A DNA stretch of 64,000 nt, from the IMG/VR virus record IMGVR_UViG_2660238363_000004; one strand, 5' to 3'. Position 1 is the stretch's first letter; each line of letters starts with the position of its first letter. The position numbers and the translations under genes were made by a program. Positions 60,880-64,000 of the stretch are shown one piece after another. The DNA is from an uncultured virus (IMG/VR IMGVR_UViG_2660238363_000004) (Duplodnaviria > Heunggongvirae > Uroviricota > Caudoviricetes). The notes beneath the pieces are model-generated. The model was not told the DNA's origin and made no database searches. It was given only the letters and a program-made list of their open reading frames with translations.

Positions 60880-61637
60880 TGAAACATGTCCGTTTGAGAG
60901 ATGCATAGCCTAGATCTTATCAGAGTCTCGATTGATGACAATCTCTCGGTTAGAAAAGCTAAAATTTGAGCGATCACCGCATCGGGAACATACATTGTTG
61001 CCTGAGCGCTAGACATTACATCTTCCAAATTTAAAGCTCGATACATGGGGGTAATCATCTGTGAGGCGGTTCGTAAATCGCGGAATTTTTCTAATTCGGA
61101 TTTGAATGAGAATAGAGCTCTCAAGATATTGTTATCGATTGCCGGTTCGCTAGCAGGCAGCCCTTCTGGGAGCGCGAGCCCATGGTCAATGAATAAAAAA
61201 TCATCACATCCATCATAAAGAATGTTACCAACATTTCTGTCATGATTGGCAATCCATTCATCGAAAACGCCAACATCTAGGGATGCTTTAAAATTCTGTA
61301 GTTTTTCGTATGCTTGACTGCAATCGGCGTACCGCCGAAAACTAGGATAATCCGCATCTTCAGAACCATACATCAGTGCATGCTGCCCTGGTGGGATAAC
61401 ATCCAACGTAGTGTTATCTGCGAGAACGAGGAAGGGCTTAGGAATTGGTATTCCTAGCTCTCTACCAAGAATAGCGCAGAATGCTTCCACGCAAATTTCC
61501 CGGGGATCAATGATCTTCGCAAACACTACAACCGTATTCGTTGCTGTTCTGACATGGGCTTTCCACGTCTGGTTTATGTTGCTATCACTAAACAATGTAG
61601 CCCCGGGTAAGAGGGTTGCTATCTCAATATTGTCCAT
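60876..61637 (-). CDS. HipA-like Ser/Thr kinase
   Basis: FAK lysine, EAFC glutamate, FDEWIANHDRNVGN catalytic loop, IDHG. Confidence 0.88.
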   Translation of the reverse strand: MDNIEIATLLPGATLFSDSNINQTWKAHVRTATNTVVVFAKIIDPREICVEAFCAILGRELGIPIPKPFLVLADNTTLDVIPPGQHALMYGSEDADYPSFRRYADCSQAYEKLQNFKASLDVGVFDEWIANHDRNVGNILYDGCDDFLFIDHGLALPEGLPASEPAIDNNILRALFSFKSELEKFRDLRTASQMITPMYRALNLEDVMSSAQATMYVPDAVIAQILAFLTERLSSIETLIRSRLCISQTDMFQ

Positions 61638-61891
61638 ATCTAAGCCAAGATTTCCTACAGTACCCCTGAGAATATACAGAATACTCCCCTAGACATATCC
61701 TGATAAATGATCAGTGATTCATAATCAATCCGTCTGTAGTGATTTACTGATTTTGGCTACTCGTACCGAGGTTGTATGCTCAGCTTGGAACAAAACCTAG
61801 TCGTTCTGTTCATGCTGTTGGCCATCACTGCGTGGCAGTTTCAACGCTACATGTAAAATCAAAAGCCTCATCAAAATGCCCATATTTTATT

Positions 61892-61980
61892 TATAGGCAG
61901 AAACGGTGTGTTCTGGCTATGTATGGCAGGAATGGTGTGTCCTGCCTATCTATGGGCAGGTTTGACATGTTCTGGCTATG
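61892..61980. repeat. Three tandem ~30-bp imperfect palindromic repeats
   Basis: TAT(a/g)GGCAG...TGT(t/c)CTG(g/c)CTAT units at 61892, 61922 and 61951. Confidence 0.7.
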
Positions 61981-62012
61981 TATAGACACATCAGGGTTGA
62001 TATCTCTTAGTG

Positions 62013-62558
62013 TTAACTTGCTGCGCTGGGAGGTAGCGGGTATCTCAGGTCGATTTGTGGCGCATCGCTTAGAAGCCGGCCAGATCTTGCCATCAGGTAT
62101 CCGGCTATTTCTTCAGGCGTCAAATCTACATGGAGCATGTCTTCATTCTGGAACCATTCATTAGGCCAGTAGATGAGATCGGACGGATTGGCATCAAAGT
62201 TTATCTCCAGCAATCCCAGTGCCTAGCTTTGTTCCGATTCCTTGCCTTCAGCATTGCACACGAAACTAATTATCTGAACGAGTTCATCCCAGGTTAAATC
62301 CGCAACGTATTTCTCCTGATTAAATGCCATCCGGGTAAAGTTCTTTGCGTCGGTCCATGAGGAAAAGTCACGGAAATCAGAGAATTCATACGGATTAACT
62401 ACCTGCCTGTTCCAGTCATCAATCATCGCTTTAAGCTCTTCATCATCTTCGTCAGCACCACTATCAATTTGCGACAGCATTTCTTCGGCTGCGTCCGTTA
62501 GTTCTTTAAGTTTCTGGCGATTTATCTTGGCTGGCTTAAAACGTTCGGGTAAGGGCAT
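62013..62558 (-). pseudogene. ~181-codon immunity-protein-like gene with an in-frame amber stop
   Basis: ORFs 62223..62558 and 62013..62213 share one frame across TAG (SEQS*ALGLLE); LTWDELVQII and NPSDLIYWP resemble colicin Im motifs. Confidence 0.75.
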
Positions 62559-62756
62559 CAGGTCTTCCTTGTTAAGTTGAGACTCAGCGGCGACAAGTCA
62601 TTACGCAATCTTCGTTAAGTACTCCTCAAAAGTCTATAAAACAATCAATTTCCTTTCTGATAACGATCGAATTTATTCTTTCATTAATTGCAATATAAAC
62701 AATGATCATTTCATTAAGTGAAATTAAAATAACTGTATAAATATCAGGAGGTGGTC

Positions 62757-62924
62757 ATGTCAAAACAGTCCGTCAAACCTGTCTTGCTCAGCGAGGCACA
62801 AATTCAGGCAATCAGAAAAATTCAGGAAAAGCAGCGCCAGCAATCAGGTATCGGCGTTGCGCCAACTATCCATGAAATCGCAAGGGGGCTGGTGGACAAA
62901 GCCTTGCAACAGCATTTGGGCTAA
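62757..62924 (+). CDS. Small ribbon-helix-helix-like protein (55 aa)
   Basis: AGGAGG RBS; MSKQSVKPVLLSEAQIQAIRKIQE...APTIHEIARGLVDKAL. Confidence 0.65.
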   Translation: MSKQSVKPVLLSEAQIQAIRKIQEKQRQQSGIGVAPTIHEIARGLVDKALQQHLG

Positions 62925-63012
62925 AGGCTCTAACTTGTTGATACAAAGCAAAATAACTAACTGCTTATTATTCATGCAGATGTTAAGTGTTTTAGGGTTA
63001 ATAAAGGTAACT

Positions 63013-63198
63013 ATGAAAGCGTATATCCCTGACGAAGATTTGCTTCAGCAAGTTCAGGCACTGGCTGATAAATTGCCACCTGAAGAGCGACTGCTCATTT
63101 TAGAGTTACTTCAGCGTTACAGCACTGTCTACAACGTTGCTCAATCATTCATCCCGGATTATCCATGCGGTGTTTTGGACGCGTTATCCAAAAATTAA
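63013..63198 (+). CDS. Hypothetical protein (61 aa)
   Basis: AAGG RBS, ATG at 63013 (MKAYIPDEDLL). Confidence 0.5.
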   Translation: MKAYIPDEDLLQQVQALADKLPPEERLLILELLQRYSTVYNVAQSFIPDYPCGVLDALSKN

Positions 63199-63218
63199 GA
63201 CCATAGGGAGTGCTTGTT

Positions 63219-64000
63219 ATGCCAATAGTACCAACTGTACAAGGTCGCCAAGTTGAAAGCCGCGGCGTGCAGACCGGAGGGTTTCAGGCCGTCGCTCAGC
63301 CAAATATTGGAGATGCCATTCTTGGTGCTGGAGAGCAGGCCTTGAATGTATTTGGCGAGGCTAAACAAAAGGCTAATGTTGCCATGGCGCAAAATGCGTC
63401 ACTTAAGCTAAGCCAGACCGAAGAGGAGTTAAAAACTCAGTTGTATGGACTGCAAGGACAGAATGCCTTAGGGAAAGGGCATGAGTTCACTCAAAAATAT
63501 AATGAGCAAGTTCAGACATTATCTGACTCTCTTCCTGATGACGCCTCCAGACAAATGTTTTTGCAGCAAGCAAGATTGCAGCAGGTTCAATTCCAAGGAA
63601 ATGTTAACAGATATGAGATAGGTCAAATAAACTCTTTTGAAAATGATCAAGTAAGTGCAACCAGGAAGTTACAAATACAAAAAGAAGCTGATGCATGGGA
63701 TAACCCGCAGGAAGCCGCGTTAGCTAAAAATATAAGAACAGTTTCAATTGCAAGATATGGTGCAGCCCGCGGATGGTCGCAGGAGCAAATGCTTGCAGAA
63801 ATAGAAAAAGATAACCAAGAGGCGACAGAATTACGGGCGAAAAACTATGCTGTAGCAAATCCAATTGGCTGGCTGGGCGGGAATTTTTCATCAGAAGATA
63901 CTGGCGAATTAGATATGCGCGCCGTTGGACTGGTGGAATCTGGTGGCAAACACCGCAATGCTGACGGCAGTCTTGTAACGTCTCCAGCTGGAGCCCAGGG
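63219..64000 (+). CDS. Internal virion/ejection protein-like ORF with lytic transglycosylase motif, truncated by the window end
   Basis: Hand translation of 260 open codons: MPIVPTVQGRQVESRGVQ...GLQGQNALGKG...YEIGQIN...VESGGKH...TSPAGAQG; AGGGAG RBS. Confidence 0.7.
   Translation, partial: MPIVPTVQGRQVESRGVQTGGFQAVAQPNIGDAILGAGEQALNVFGEAKQKANVAMAQNASLKLSQTEEELKTQLYGLQGQNALGKGHEFTQKYNEQVQTLSDSLPDDASRQMFLQQARLQQVQFQGNVNRYEIGQINSFENDQVSATRKLQIQKEADAWDNPQEAALAKNIRTVSIARYGAARGWSQEQMLAEIEKDNQEATELRAKNYAVANPIGWLGGNFSSEDTGELDMRAVGLVESGGKHRNADGSLVTSPAGAQ

Larger units (their letters stand above)
52004..64000. mobile_element. P4/PICI-like phage satellite, continuing beyond the window
   Basis: int-repressor-alpA-BRO-icd-primase/DUF927-ori-ssb order. 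Confidence 0.85.

Noticed and set aside
61892..61980. CRISPR array
   Set aside because: Repeats are adjacent with no spacers, and there are no cas genes.
62733..62747. LexA box CTGTATAAATATCAG
   Set aside because: The spacer is 9 bp rather than 10, so it is one base short of the consensus.

Overview
Two tandem mobile elements at the 3' end of a tRNA-Arg(UCU) gene; the host is probably Klebsiella or a close enterobacterium (inferred from gene families only). (1) Bases 1..~52003 are an apparently near-complete temperate myovirus prophage. It has a lambdoid early region (int/xis, two adenine MTases, Sak4-type recombination module, cI/cro/cII, O/P, nin, Q, tRNA-Thr, holin and lysozyme with no recognisable spanins) and a DUF1073/DUF2213/DUF2184/DUF3383-type head and contractile tail. 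It also has a P22 immI-like mnt-arc-ant module and an SGNH-esterase tailspike. Its terminal SOS cassette has a LexA box hit by both an ISL3 element and a group II intron, and the intron's predicted EBS1 is complementary to the end of that LexA box. (2) From ~52004 to the window end lies a P4/PICI-like satellite (int, repressor, alpA, BRO, C4/CI RNA with icd, primase-DUF927, ori, ssb). It carries a HipA-like kinase two-gene cassette, a nonsense pseudogene and the start of a podovirus-type internal virion (ejection) protein with a lytic transglycosylase motif. The strongest leads are the LexA-operator-targeting intron, the satellite ejection protein, and two unnamed two-gene candidate defence systems. 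All calls come from motif recognition and gene context; no database searches were run.
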